Assembly: GCA_045592985.1 (NCBI GenBank)
Contig: JAZNVU010000041.1
Coordinates: forward strand, 76,557 to 140,556
Direction of reading: 5' to 3'
Length of the DNA stretch: 64,000 nt
Origin: Acutalibacteraceae bacterium
Lineage (GTDB): Bacteria; Bacillota; Clostridia; Oscillospirales; Acutalibacteraceae
Made by a program: the position numbers and the translations under genes
Shown here: in pieces, positions 1 through 10,455 of the stretch
How the letters are laid out: every line of letters begins with the position of its first letter
Numbering within the stretch: position 1 is the stretch's first letter
The notes under the pieces: generated by a model
Seen by the model: only the letters and a program-made list of their open reading frames with translations
Told to the model about the DNA's origin: nothing
Database searches by the model: none

Positions 1-3000
1 CCATTAAGCAAGGTATCAACCTCAATATCGTCAGAACGAACTGTGAAATAAGCACAGTAGAACTCAACCGGTTTATGTACCTTGTACCAACCAAGTCTTA
101 AAGCCGCAATCATATATGCCGCAGCATGCGCCTTGGGGAACATGTACTTGATTTTATAGCACGAGTCAATATACCACTCGGGTACATTGTTTTCCCTCAT
201 CGCCTGCAGATGTTCCTCGGTCAGTAACTTTTTAGCCTTACCTTTACGGACAATCTCCATTATCTTAAAAGCCATTTTCTTGGGAACGCCCTTATATATG
301 AGGTATGTCATGATGTTATCACGCGTTCCGATAACTTCAGAAATGGTACAGGTTTTATTTTTGATAAGTTCCTGCGCGTTGCCTATCCAAACGTCGGTAC
401 CGTGGGACAGACCCGATATCTGCAAAAGGTCGGAGAAGGTCTGCGGTTTTGATTCCACAAGCATATCTCGTACAAATTTAGTGCCAAGTTCAGGCAAAGC
501 GTAGGTGCCCGTTTTGGAGAATATATCGTTCTCAGTAACACCCAACGCTTCGGGCGACAAGAATAAACTCATAACATCGGGGTCACTCATAGAAACCGAT
601 AAAACAGAAATACCCGTGTACTCTTCAAGATACTTATATATGGTCGGCACATCGTGTCCAAGTTCGTCAAGTTTCAGTATATTATCGTGTATTTTATGGA
701 AATCGAAATGGGTAGTAACCATGTCGGAATCCGCCTTATCGGCAGGATGCTGAACGGGACAAAAATCGTAGACTTCCATATCTCTCGGCACAACAACCAT
801 TCCGCCGGGATGCTGACCGGTAGTACGTTTAACCGCCGAATCGTTAATGGCAGCAGCAAGCCTTGTTTCCTCTGCTTTGTTAAGGCTTTTGCCATAGTCC
901 TCGGCATAGTGGCGTACATAACCGAACGCCGTTTTTTCGGCAACAGTGGCAATGGTGCCTGCCTTGAAAACGTTTTCTGGTCCGAAAAGTTCTTCGGTAT
1001 ATTTATGCACAAACGGCTGAACCTCACCCGAGAAGTTTTGGTCGATATCCGGAACCTTATCACCGTCAAATCCCAAGAAGGTCTCAAATGGTATATCGTG
1101 ACCGTCGCGGTTATAAGGTGTTCCGCATTTAGGGCAATCTTTAGGCGGCAAATCAAAGCCTGAACCCACGCTGCCGTCGGTAATAAACTCGGAATGTTTG
1201 CATTTTGGACAAACGTAGTGCGGAACTAACGGATTAACCTCAGAAATACCGTTCATGGTAGCGGCAAAGGACGAGCCAACCGAACCACGCGAGCCGACCA
1301 AATATCCCTTGCTTTCGGAAAATTCCACCAATTTCTGTGCTGTAACGTACATAACCGAGAAACCGTGACGGATAATTGAGTCTAGTTCGCGTTCCAGACG
1401 CTCTTTTACAACAACAGGCAACGGGTCACCGTAAATTTCATGCGCACGACGGTAACATTTTTCGGTCAAAATATCGTCCGAACCCTCAATTTTGGGCGGA
1501 TAGTTACCCGAAGGAACTGCCCTGACCTCACCGCTTACAAGTTCGGAAATTTTTGCCGGATTATCAATAACAACTTCTTTTGCGCGGTCACCGAGATAAT
1601 CAAAATCGGCAAGCATTTCGTCGGTAGTTTTAAAATAAAGCGGTGCCTGAATTTCGGCATCTTTAAAGCCCTGACCTGCCATAAGTATGGTGCGAAGTTT
1701 GGCATCCTCAGGATTAAGGAAATGTACATCACCTGTAGCAACCACAGGTTTATTGAGTTTATCGGCAATCTCAACAATTTTAAGGTTTAGGTCAATAAGG
1801 TCCTGACGGCTGTTTACAATGCCGTCGCGCAACATAAATTCATTGTTTCCCAAAGGCTGAATTTCAAGATAATCATAAAATTCGGCAAGTTTTAAAATTT
1901 CTTCTTCCGGTTTTTTGTTAAGAACCGCCTTAAAAATCTCACCCTGCTCACAAGCACTTCCTATAATCAATCCGTCACGGTATTTCATGAGTACAGACTT
2001 AGGAACAATCGGCCTTGCAGGACGAGGTTTTTGCGGATTTTCTTTATTAAGTGTCTTTAAGTAATAGTTCAGATGAGCATACGACACAAGACGGTAAAGA
2101 TTTTTAAGTCCCGCTTGGTCTTTTACAAGAATAATCTGATGAAAACGCTCTAAGGTTGTAGAATCAACACCGCCGTCGATTCCGCCTTCTGTTTCTTGTC
2201 CGTCAATGTCATTTATAAAATAGTCCTCAACACCGTAAATAACCTTGAAATCTTCTCCGCCCTCTTCTTTGCGGACGTCGTCAACGGCACTCATAGCATC
2301 GGGGAAAGCCTGAACAACACCATGGTCGGTAACCGCAACAGCCTTATGGCCCCACTTAAATGCCTGTTTTACAATATCTTTAACAGGTGCAACAGCATCC
2401 ATCTGAGACATACTTGTGTGCATGTGCAGTTCAATACGTTTTTCCGGGGCTGTATCGGTTCTTCCACCCTTGCGTTTGGCGGTAGCAATGCCTGTGGGTT
2501 CAAAAATATAGTCTTTTTCCCACTCGTCCATCTTATAGGTGCCGCCGACAACAACGCATTTTCCTTTTTTAAGCACGTCACCCAAAGCATCTGCCTGAGC
2601 ATTGGACACAACCGTTTTGACGGTTACCGAGTTGGTGCCGTCATACATCTGAAATTTCACGCGGTGACCTTTTCCGCTTTTGGTAGGCACAAGTTCCGAA
2701 AAGAAAATTTCACCCCAAATAACACCCTCGTCATCGGGTGCAATATCCTGCAGTTTTATAATACTACCCGATATTTTTTTACCGTACACCTGCTCTATGC
2801 TATCATTTAGCACTCCTGAATCAACCGGTATATCAAGTCCCGAAAGTTTTCTCGGTGCGGCTGACTTTTTGCTTGCCTCGGCTTGTCCCGACGAAGGAGC
2901 AGACGGTGTATAGGAAATAGGTTGCTGTTTGTATTCGGGTTCGACCATTTCTATGTCATCAAGTTGACCGGAAAATGACACTTCGGTCTCGAGTCCGAAA

Positions 3001-3443
3001 TACAAAATCGCTTTTTGGCAGAACAGCCTTTCAAAATTGCAAGCCTTAATGGTCTCATATCCACCGAATTTCAGTTCGATATCTGTACAGGAGTTGGGCT
3101 CCTTACCGTCAAAAACTGTGAATACGGCATTGTTAAAATATCCGTTAAGCATTGCAAATTCATTCTTTATCTCATTTGCAATATCCTCAGCAGCGGCAGA
3201 ACAGTAACACTCTTTAGGGAATACGGCACTGATTTTGGCATCAGTCAAAGCGAGAGCCGAAACGACCGATGCTTCCAGCGTTTTTATTTCTTCATGTCTT
3301 ATGTATTCCGAAAACTCGCACTTGGCAATAAGTTTTCTTGTTTCTATATCAACATCGCAAAACAACAGTTTGCCTTGTTTTACGGTCTCGGAAAAATCAC
3401 CGACTGCCGAGCCGAAAATTTCATATATATGAGCAATACTCAC
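1..3443 (-). CDS. polC: DNA polymerase III, PolC type (partial; C-terminus lies beyond window start)
   Basis: Not in the ORF track because it has no stop codon inside the window. My minus-strand translation starts at GTG 3443, preceded by a GGAAAGG RBS. The N-terminus reads VSIAHIYEIFGSAVGDFSETVKQGKLLFCDVDIET. A PHP-domain motif RIELHMHTSMSQMDAVAPVKDIVKQAFKWGHKA lies at about 2438-2340, and YCAYFTVRSDDIEVDTLLNG at 59-1. All three checked points share one frame. Synteny with uppS-cdsA-dxr-rseP is typical of Firmicutes. Confidence 0.9.
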   Translation of the reverse strand, partial: MSIAHIYEIFGSAVGDFSETVKQGKLLFCDVDIETRKLIAKCEFSEYIRHEEIKTLEASVVSALALTDAKISAVFPKECYCSAAAEDIANEIKNEFAMLNGYFNNAVFTVFDGKEPNSCTDIELKFGGYETIKACNFERLFCQKAILYFGLETEVSFSGQLDDIEMVEPEYKQQPISYTPSAPSSGQAEASKKSAAPRKLSGLDIPVDSGVLNDSIEQVYGKKISGSIIKLQDIAPDDEGVIWGEIFFSELVPTKSGKGHRVKFQMYDGTNSVTVKTVVSNAQADALGDVLKKGKCVVVGGTYKMDEWEKDYIFEPTGIATAKRKGGRTDTAPEKRIELHMHTSMSQMDAVAPVKDIVKQAFKWGHKAVAVTDHGVVQAFPDAMSAVDDVRKEEGGEDFKVIYGVEDYFINDIDGQETEGGIDGGVDSTTLERFHQIILVKDQAGLKNLYRLVSYAHLNYYLKTLNKENPQKPRPARPIVPKSVLMKYRDGLIIGSACEQGEIFKAVLNKKPEEEILKLAEFYDYLEIQPLGNNEFMLRDGIVNSRQDLIDLNLKIVEIADKLNKPVVATGDVHFLNPEDAKLRTILMAGQGFKDAEIQAPLYFKTTDEMLADFDYLGDRAKEVVIDNPAKISELVSGEVRAVPSGNYPPKIEGSDDILTEKCYRRAHEIYGDPLPVVVKERLERELDSIIRHGFSVMYVTAQKLVEFSESKGYLVGSRGSVGSSFAATMNGISEVNPLVPHYVCPKCKHSEFITDGSVGSGFDLPPKDCPKCGTPYNRDGHDIPFETFLGFDGDKVPDIDQNFSGEVQPFVHKYTEELFGPENVFKAGTIATVAEKTAFGYVRHYAEDYGKSLNKAEETRLAAAINDSAVKRTTGQHPGGMVVVPRDMEVYDFCPVQHPADKADSDMVTTHFDFHKIHDNILKLDELGHDVPTIYKYLEEYTGISVLSVSMSDPDVMSLFLSPEALGVTENDIFSKTGTYALPELGTKFVRDMLVESKPQTFSDLLQISGLSHGTDVWIGNAQELIKNKTCTISEVIGTRDNIMTYLIYKGVPKKMAFKIMEIVRKGKAKKLLTEEHLQAMRENNVPEWYIDSCYKIKYMFPKAHAAAYMIAALRLGWYKVHKPVEFYCAYFTVRSDDIEVDTLLN

Positions 3444-3473
3444 CGTTGCACCTTTCCTTTCAAGAGGAAAGCG

Positions 3474-4526
3474 TCACATACGGCCGATTTCCTCCATTAG
3501 TTCATCTATCAATCTGTCTTCGGGTACTTTTCTTAAAATTTCACCTTTTTTGAATATTAGACCGCAACCGTCACCGCCGGCAATACCGATATCGGCTTCT
3601 TTTGCCTCTCCGGGGCCGTTTACAACACAGCCCATAACGGCAACCGTTATGTTTTTATCGCAGTCTTTTAAATTTTCTTCGACTTTTTTTGCAATACCGA
3701 TTAAATCAATTCTCGTTCTTCCGCAGGTGGGACACGAAACGATTTTCACACCCTCGTTGCGAAGCCCTACCGCTTTTAATAGGTCTTTTGCCGCCTCAAC
3801 CTCTTTTTGGGGGTCGGCGGTTAGCGATACGCGAATTGTATCACCTATTCCTCTAAGCAGCAATCCTCCGATACCTGCCGAGGATTTGACAATACCGCTT
3901 TGCTCTGTCCCCGCTTCGGTAACACCTAAATGTAACGGATAATTGCACTTTTCGGCCATCTTTATGTATGCCTCATACATAGTAGGAACCGAAGAGGATT
4001 TTATTGAAATGACTATATCGTCAAAATCATACTTTTCGAGCAACGAGGCATGATATAACGCACTTTCGACCATTGCGTCGGCAGTAGGACCGCCGTGCTT
4101 TGCCAAAATCTCTTTTTCCAAAGAGCCTGAGTTTACGCCTATTCTTATAGGGATATTTTTGAGTTTACAGATATCGGCAACCTCTTTCACCCTGTCGTCG
4201 GAGCCGATGTTACCGGGGTTTATGCGTATTTTGTCGACCCCTGCTTCGGCAGCTTCAAGTGCCAAACGGTAATCAAAGTGTATATCAGCCACTATCGGGA
4301 CTTTTACAGCACCTTTTAGTGCAGGTATAAGACTTACTGCGTCCATATCGGGTATGGCGGCACGGATTATATCGCAACCTGCCTTTTCAAGTTTTACGGC
4401 TTGGTCTAAAGATGCCGCTATATCATAAGAAGGGGTATTGAGCATGGACTGTACCGCAACAGGACTGCCACCGCCAATGGTAATGTTCCCTAATTTAACT
4501 TTTTTGGTGTTATCGCGTGTGTACAT
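3474..4526 (-). CDS. ispG: 4-hydroxy-3-methylbut-2-en-1-yl diphosphate synthase (MEP pathway)
   Basis: 350-aa ORF. TIM-barrel N-terminal part and C-terminal Fe-S cysteines (SCPTCGRT, GCVVNGPGE) typical of IspG/GcpE. Confidence 0.92.
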   Translation of the reverse strand: MYTRDNTKKVKLGNITIGGGSPVAVQSMLNTPSYDIAASLDQAVKLEKAGCDIIRAAIPDMDAVSLIPALKGAVKVPIVADIHFDYRLALEAAEAGVDKIRINPGNIGSDDRVKEVADICKLKNIPIRIGVNSGSLEKEILAKHGGPTADAMVESALYHASLLEKYDFDDIVISIKSSSVPTMYEAYIKMAEKCNYPLHLGVTEAGTEQSGIVKSSAGIGGLLLRGIGDTIRVSLTADPQKEVEAAKDLLKAVGLRNEGVKIVSCPTCGRTRIDLIGIAKKVEENLKDCDKNITVAVMGCVVNGPGEAKEADIGIAGGDGCGLIFKKGEILRKVPEDRLIDELMEEIGRM

Positions 4527-4538
4527 ATACGCACCTCT

Positions 4539-5609
4539 TTAGAAAAATCCTACTATATCCTTTATCGTGATTACCGCAATGAGAGCCAGTAAAAGAATAA
4601 GTCCTACAGCATGCACAACCGACTCGAATTTTTGCGGTATTTTTCTTCTGATTATCATTTCTACAAATATAAAAAATGCTCTTCCACCATCAAGAGCCGG
4701 TACAGGCAACAGATTAAACACGCCTAAATTAACGGTTATAAGCGCAATTATCGGTAAAAGGTCCTGAAGACCCATTCTTGCCGCCTCGCCCAAAACGGCG
4801 GTAACGCCGACGGGACCCGACATGGCGCTGATACCGTATTTACCCGTAATAAGGTCGATAAGCGAAAACCAAACTATTCTGCCGTAAGACAAGGTTCTTG
4901 CAAAAGTTTGGCTTATAAACGTACCAAAAGTTTTCTGCTCGGTTTCAAGATAAAAATCGACCGTTACAAAGTTTATACCATCCATTTGTTCGGTGGCAAA
5001 CTGCACGTCGATGTTCTGCTTTGTGCCGTCCCTCAGCACTTGCATTTCCAAAGTATCACTGTTTACGTTGGTAAGGCAATAACTCAAATCGTTGACCGAA
5101 AAAATCCTTCTGCCACCGACTTTGAGTATTTTGTCGCCTTCTTGAAGACTCTCGGCACTTACCGAAACATCGTGAAAGCCTTCGACGGTAGTTGTAATAT
5201 AGCGATTAGCAGGTGCCAATATCATCATTACTATTATAAGACCGAAAACAAGGTTGAAAAATGCACCTGCAACGATAATGACAAGCCTTCTCCATGCCGA
5301 TTTGTTGCAAAATGCTTTAGGGTCATTACTGCCTTCGTCCTCGCCTTCCATGGCACAATATCCACCAAACGGCACAGCACGAACGGCATAAAGTGTCTCT
5401 TTCCCTTGCTTTTTAAATAGTGCAGGACCAAAGCCCACCGAAAATTCGTTAACTCTCACACCCAGACTTTTGGCGGCAATGAAGTGGCCAAATTCGTGAA
5501 TGACTATCATGACCACAAACAAAAGTATGGCAACAAGATAAGGCCACACCGTTGACCAGGCAGTGCCCAGTGCGGAAAAAACTGACGCTAAATTAATAAT
5601 GTTTATCAC
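4539..5609 (-). CDS. rseP: RIP metalloprotease RseP/site-2 protease
   Basis: 356 aa. HEFGH zinc motif in the first TM helix, central PDZ-like segment, C-terminal NLLPVPALDGG motif. Position between dxr and ispG/polC. Confidence 0.9.
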   Translation of the reverse strand: MINIINLASVFSALGTAWSTVWPYLVAILLFVVMIVIHEFGHFIAAKSLGVRVNEFSVGFGPALFKKQGKETLYAVRAVPFGGYCAMEGEDEGSNDPKAFCNKSAWRRLVIIVAGAFFNLVFGLIIVMMILAPANRYITTTVEGFHDVSVSAESLQEGDKILKVGGRRIFSVNDLSYCLTNVNSDTLEMQVLRDGTKQNIDVQFATEQMDGINFVTVDFYLETEQKTFGTFISQTFARTLSYGRIVWFSLIDLITGKYGISAMSGPVGVTAVLGEAARMGLQDLLPIIALITVNLGVFNLLPVPALDGGRAFFIFVEMIIRRKIPQKFESVVHAVGLILLLALIAVITIKDIVGFF

Positions 5610-6757
5610 CTTTTTTCAGCATATCGTAATGCTTTTTCGCGCGCCGATTTATCGGCAGCAAAAACATCTTCTAAACTAAATGTATCAACCTTTGGCTGTT
5701 CAAAATAAGCCATTTTGACTATTTCACCTATATCGAGGAAACCTATCTTGCCGCAAAGGAAAAGTCGAACCGCTTCTTCGTTTGCGCCGTTGACCGCCGC
5801 AGGACGAAGACCGCCGTCACGAATAGCGTTAATGCACGTTTCAAGACAGGTAAAGGTTGCCGTATCAGGCTCATTGAAAGTCAACTGCCCTATTTTAAAC
5901 AAATCAAGTTTTTCTTCCGAACACTCGTGCCTTTCGGGGTAGGTCAAGGCATACTGTATGGGCAATTTCATATCGGGTGTGCCGAGTTGTGCAATAACCG
6001 CACCGTCAGCAAGTTCGACCGCCGAGTGAATAATGCTCTGACAATGCACCACAACCGTTATGTCATCGGGGCTTACATCAAACAGATGTACTGCTTCAAT
6101 AACCTCAAGTCCTTTGTTCATAAGCGTAGCAGAATCGATGGTTATTTTAGCGCCCATATCCCAGTTCGGGTGTTTTAAAGCATCGGCAGGTTTTACATTT
6201 TGCAATTCTTCTTTAGTTTTGCCAAAGAACGGACCACCCGATGCAGTAAGCAATATTTTTCTTAAACTGCCTGCTGGAACACCCTGCAAGCACTGAAATA
6301 TTGCCGAATGTTCGCTGTCAACCGGTAAAAGTTTTACGTTGTTGCGTTTTACAGTATCTTTGACAATGTCGCCTGCCGTAACAAGAGTTTCTTTATTGGC
6401 TAGGGCCACATCTTTTTTAGAATTAAGCGCCGCCAAAGTAGGTCTTAAACCTGCTATGCCGACAATGGCGTTAACCACCGTATCGCACTTAGTCTCTGCG
6501 GCAAGTTCCACTATTGCTTCGTCGCCCGACAAAACCTTAACACAAGTATCGGCAAGGGCTGTTTTTAATTGTTTGCCCAAAGTTTCGTCTTTTACGGCAA
6601 CGGTTTTAGGGTTAAACTCTCTTGCCTGCTGTTCGAGAAGTTTTATGTTGCTTCCCGCAACCAGACTTTCGATTTTGTACCCATGTTTTCGGGCAACATC
6701 AAGCGTCTGCGTTCCTATTGAACCGGTACTGCCCAAAACTGCAATTTTTTTATCCAT
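5606..6757 (-). CDS. dxr: 1-deoxy-D-xylulose 5-phosphate reductoisomerase
   Basis: 383 aa. N-terminal GSTGSIGTQTLDV NADPH-binding motif. The stop/start overlaps rseP. Confidence 0.93.
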   Translation of the reverse strand: MDKKIAVLGSTGSIGTQTLDVARKHGYKIESLVAGSNIKLLEQQAREFNPKTVAVKDETLGKQLKTALADTCVKVLSGDEAIVELAAETKCDTVVNAIVGIAGLRPTLAALNSKKDVALANKETLVTAGDIVKDTVKRNNVKLLPVDSEHSAIFQCLQGVPAGSLRKILLTASGGPFFGKTKEELQNVKPADALKHPNWDMGAKITIDSATLMNKGLEVIEAVHLFDVSPDDITVVVHCQSIIHSAVELADGAVIAQLGTPDMKLPIQYALTYPERHECSEEKLDLFKIGQLTFNEPDTATFTCLETCINAIRDGGLRPAAVNGANEEAVRLFLCGKIGFLDIGEIVKMAYFEQPKVDTFSLEDVFAADKSAREKALRYAEKR

Positions 6758-6769
6758 TTCAAATCACCG

Positions 6770-7594
6770 TCAAACCACAAAGGGGAAAATTGACAACATA
6801 ACATACATAATCGGCGCTATCATCATAACGCTGTCAAAACGGTCGAGTACACCGCCGTGACCCGGCATGATATTGCCATAATCTTTAATACCTGCAGCAC
6901 GTTTTATATACGACGCCACAAGGTCGCCCATCATACCCGCAAAACTCAAAACGGGAGTAAGAACGGCTATGAGCAATGTGTTAGCAGTGCCGCCTGTGAC
7001 GGCGCCAAACACGATACATGCAACCACCATACAAACTATTGCAGTGATTATTCCGCCAACGGCACCTTCTACCGTCTTTTTAGGGCTTATCTCGGGTGCC
7101 ATTTTATGTTTGCCAAAGAAATATCCCGTAAAATATGCACCTGTATCACAACACCAAGCGGCTATGAACACAAGCAACAAATAGAAAAGCCCATGCCCGT
7201 CAACCGATTCAAATATTGCTGCCATAGTCCAGAAGCAATAGGTTACAGCCAAGGTACAACCGAAAGCAAATGTCACCTCAAACGGCGATACTGTTTTGTG
7301 TTTGAACATTCCCGCAGTAAAAAGCAAAATACCCAAAAGCACGGCAAAACCCTCTGCTTTTACGGGGATAAAACCGCTTAATGCAAAGGGTGTAACGGCT
7401 GCGTACAAAATGCAACATACTGTGAGAAACTTTGATTTGACATAACGAGTGTTAACAAGTGCTTCGTATACACCTATAACACCTACAAGTGTAAGCAAAA
7501 CATTTAAAATAACAGTACTAAAGTGCAAAGCAGCCGCAATGGCGGCTATAAAAATTACTATGCCCACAGCACCCGAAATAATGCGTGTTTTCAC
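6770..7594 (-). CDS. cdsA: phosphatidate cytidylyltransferase
   Basis: 274-aa polytopic membrane protein with the CDS signature SYIKRAAGIKDYGNIMPGHGGVLDRFDS. Confidence 0.9.
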   Translation of the reverse strand: MKTRIISGAVGIVIFIAAIAAALHFSTVILNVLLTLVGVIGVYEALVNTRYVKSKFLTVCCILYAAVTPFALSGFIPVKAEGFAVLLGILLFTAGMFKHKTVSPFEVTFAFGCTLAVTYCFWTMAAIFESVDGHGLFYLLLVFIAAWCCDTGAYFTGYFFGKHKMAPEISPKKTVEGAVGGIITAIVCMVVACIVFGAVTGGTANTLLIAVLTPVLSFAGMMGDLVASYIKRAAGIKDYGNIMPGHGGVLDRFDSVMMIAPIMYVMLSIFPFVV

Positions 7595-8352
7595 TGTTTT
7601 TCTTCCTTTTCTTCTTTTACTCCGCCGAAACGACGGTCGCGACGGTTAAAATCATCAATAGCCCTATCAAGGTCGGCAGTTGAAAAATCAGGCCATAAAA
7701 CATCGGAATACCAAAACTCAGCATAAGCCGACTGCCACGTAAGAAAGTTGGAAAGCCTATATTCACCGCTGGGACGGATAATGAAATCCGGTTCCGACTG
7801 CCCTGCGGTATAAAGCCTTTGGGAAATGGTATCCTCCGTCAAAGCGTCAATACTTAATTTACCGTCTTGTACGTCACGGCAAATGCTTTTTACTGCGTGG
7901 AGTATCTCATCTCTTCCACCGTAATTGACCGCCATGTTAACCGTAAGACCCGTAGCATCTTTAGAGTCCGTCTCTGCCTTTTTTATAAGTTCTTTTATAT
8001 CGTCAGGCAGAACGGATAATTCGCCTATAAACTTAAGGCGAATGTTTTCCGATTTAAAGTTTTCGGAGTCTTTAAGATATTTCCTAAGCAGGTCCATTAT
8101 TGCATCGACTTCTTGCTTGGGTCGTTTCCAGTTTTCGGTGGAAAAAGCGTATACCGTAAGGTATTTTACGCCCAACTTATTGCAGTATCTTGCAATGGTC
8201 TTAAAGTTTTCCGAACCTGCGGCATGACCGGCAGTACGGGGTAGCATGCGCTGTTTCGCCCATCTGCCGTTACCGTCCATTATAATGCCGATGTGCTCAG
8301 GTAAAGCCCTTCCCGTTTCGGCTTTTGCTTTTTTCTTAGAGAATAAAGCCAT
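7591..8352 (-). CDS. uppS: undecaprenyl diphosphate synthase (cis-prenyltransferase)
   Basis: 253 aa. Motifs HIGIIMDGNGRWA and IRPSGEYRLSNFLTWQSAYAEF. Confidence 0.93.
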   Translation of the reverse strand: MALFSKKKAKAETGRALPEHIGIIMDGNGRWAKQRMLPRTAGHAAGSENFKTIARYCNKLGVKYLTVYAFSTENWKRPKQEVDAIMDLLRKYLKDSENFKSENIRLKFIGELSVLPDDIKELIKKAETDSKDATGLTVNMAVNYGGRDEILHAVKSICRDVQDGKLSIDALTEDTISQRLYTAGQSEPDFIIRPSGEYRLSNFLTWQSAYAEFWYSDVLWPDFSTADLDRAIDDFNRRDRRFGGVKEEKEEKQ

Positions 8353-8354
8353 TA

Positions 8355-8909
8355 TTAAATCTCCATGATTTCCTTTTCTTTTACTGCGGTAGCATCGTCA
8401 ATCTCTTTGCAGTATTTATCGGTAACGGTCTGAATCTTCTTCTCGCCGTTCTGCTGGTCGTCCTCGGTGATTTCGTTAGCCTTTTCCATCTTTTTAAGTT
8501 TTTCAATAGCGTCACGACGGATGGAACGAATAGCAACCTTGCTGTCCTCAGCGATTTTCTTGACGTCTTTAACAAGGTCTTTACGGCGCTCCTCGGTAAG
8601 AGGCGGGAAAGTAAGTCGCAAAACACGACCGTCATTCTGAGGATTAATGCCGATATCAGAAACCTGAATTGCTTTTTCGATAGACTTTAATACCGAGCCG
8701 TCATAAGGCTGAATCTGAAGCACTCTTGCCTCAACTACAGACACGGCAGCAAGTTGGTTTACGGGGGTAGGACAGCCGTAGTAATCGACCGAGACTTTAT
8801 CGAGTACCGAGGGGTTGGCACGGCCTGCTCTTACAGCGGCAAACTCGCGTGACAATGCGTCAAGAGTTTTGTCCATCTTTTCTTCTGTTGCTTTAATAAC
8901 TGTTTTCAT
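8355..8909 (-). CDS. frr: ribosome recycling factor
   Basis: 184 aa with a typical RRF sequence ([19 protein letters not shown] ... [11 protein letters not shown]). pyrH-frr-uppS synteny. Confidence 0.93.
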   Translation of the reverse strand: MKTVIKATEEKMDKTLDALSREFAAVRAGRANPSVLDKVSVDYYGCPTPVNQLAAVSVVEARVLQIQPYDGSVLKSIEKAIQVSDIGINPQNDGRVLRLTFPPLTEERRKDLVKDVKKIAEDSKVAIRSIRRDAIEKLKKMEKANEITEDDQQNGEKKIQTVTDKYCKEIDDATAVKEKEIMEI

Positions 8910-8924
8910 AAAAATTTCCTCCGA

Positions 8925-9629
8925 TTATTTTACTAAAGTACCGATTTTCTCGCCCGAAACTGCACGGACAATATTGTCGGGGTCATTAAGATTAAACACC
9001 AAAATACCTATACCCTGGTCACGGCAAAGCGAAGCCGCCGAAGCGTCCATTACGTTAAGTTCTTTAGCCAAAACTTCCGAATGGGTGAGAGTATCGTATT
9101 TCTTGGCATTGGGGTTCTTTCTCGGGTCGCTGTCATAAACGCCGTCGACGTTAGTGGCTTTAAAAATAACATCAGCCTTAATTTCGGCTGCTCTTAAAGC
9201 CGCGCCTGTATCGGTCGAGAAGAACGGACTTCCTGTGCCGCCGCCGAAAATAACTACCTCTTTGTTAGAAAGACGCTCTCTGGCACCTCTTGCAGTAAAC
9301 GGTTCAGCAATTTTGACCATATCAATCGCTGTCATAACGGTTGATTTAACGCCCATCTGCTCCAACGTGTCGCTGAGTGCCAAGCAGTTAATCACAGTTG
9401 CAAGCATGCCCATACTGTCGGCTTTTGTACGGTCCATACTTCCGCTTGACCTTCCGCGCCAGAAATTTCCACCGCCTATAACAATACCTACTTCTACTCC
9501 CATCTCGACACATTTTTTAATGCGTTCGCAAACGGTTTCAACCATATCAAAATCAATACCCGTTTTTTGCTCGCCGGCAAGCACTTCGCCGGAAAGTTTC
9601 AGCAAAATTCGCTTAAATTGGGGCTCCAT
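8925..9629 (-). CDS. pyrH: UMP kinase
   Basis: 234 aa. [10 protein letters not shown] amino-acid-kinase N-terminal motif. Lies adjacent to frr. Confidence 0.93.
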   Translation of the reverse strand: MEPQFKRILLKLSGEVLAGEQKTGIDFDMVETVCERIKKCVEMGVEVGIVIGGGNFWRGRSSGSMDRTKADSMGMLATVINCLALSDTLEQMGVKSTVMTAIDMVKIAEPFTARGARERLSNKEVVIFGGGTGSPFFSTDTGAALRAAEIKADVIFKATNVDGVYDSDPRKNPNAKKYDTLTHSEVLAKELNVMDASAASLCRDQGIGILVFNLNDPDNIVRAVSGEKIGTLVK

Positions 9630-9740
9630 TTTTTATTCCTCCAAACCAAACCTATGACAGTACATACCGCCACAGATAATTTATTTATATTATTTTACAA
9701 TATTTACTGCTTAAAGTCAATCAGAATAACAACATTAAAG

Positions 9741-9780
9741 AAAATAAAAACGGACAATTTACAAGTCGTAAACTGTCCGT
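9741..9780 (-). terminator. intrinsic terminator of the V-ATPase operon
   Basis: On the minus strand, ACGGACAGTTTAC-GACTT-GTAAATTGTCCGT (12 of 13 bp paired) is followed by TTTTTATTTT. It starts 6 nt after the ntpD stop. Confidence 0.75.
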
Positions 9781-9785
9781 AAAAA

Positions 9786-10445
9786 TCACTGTGCTTTAGC
9801 CTGTTCGCGCGCCTCGGCAAGCATCATATCCTTGACCTTCATAAGCCTTGTACGGCTGCTACGGTCGCTTTCTTCAAGTTTCATGGTGATAAACTTAATG
9901 GTATCGGTATATCGAGGTATCAAAACGTGTTCCAAAGCGTTAACTCTTCGTCTTGTTTTTTCTATTTCAACCGCCATGCGCTGTGTTGATTTCTCAACCT
10001 CGGCAAGTTTCAAAAGTTTGGGCAAAAGTGCGCTTACCTGCGTCACTGCATCGTCAAGTTCAAAACTTGTCGATGCAAAACTGTAAGCATAAACATCACT
10101 CATATCCTCAGTTCTGGTCTTAACCGAATATACAGGTATATCAACACTCATTATATTGCGTGAGCCAATCTCAAGATAAGCCTCCTGTTTTGGGTAAAGC
10201 AATGCGGCATCCAAAGCCTCGCTGCTCATTACCGAACCTGCAAGTGCAAAATGACTATTAGCAGCCTTTATCTCGGCTTCAACCTCTTGACGAAGCACCT
10301 TGTTTTCTTTGATGAGTTCAAGGAACTGCCTCATGAGTTCGTCACGCTTATCTTTAAGCAGTCGGTGACCGCGGACGGCTGTTTTCAACTGTTTTTTCAG
10401 CCTCGACAACTCCATTCGGGTCGGGTTGACATTCATTACCGCCAT
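9786..10445 (-). CDS. ntpD: V-type ATPase subunit D
   Basis: 219-aa coiled-coil protein (MNVNPTRMELSRLKKQL...) that is the last gene of the operon after subunit B. Confidence 0.9.
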   Translation of the reverse strand: MAVMNVNPTRMELSRLKKQLKTAVRGHRLLKDKRDELMRQFLELIKENKVLRQEVEAEIKAANSHFALAGSVMSSEALDAALLYPKQEAYLEIGSRNIMSVDIPVYSVKTRTEDMSDVYAYSFASTSFELDDAVTQVSALLPKLLKLAEVEKSTQRMAVEIEKTRRRVNALEHVLIPRYTDTIKFITMKLEESDRSSRTRLMKVKDMMLAEAREQAKAQ

Positions 10446-10455
10446 AAAAGTTCAC

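Noticed and set aside
187-3553. About a dozen 60-200-aa ORFs on both strands in the track (for example 654-1163, 2196-2810, 3015-3500).
   Set aside because: They all lie inside, or antisense to, the uninterrupted polC reading frame on the minus strand. That frame is missing from the track only because it has no stop in the window. The small ORFs have no RBS and low-complexity, odd composition.
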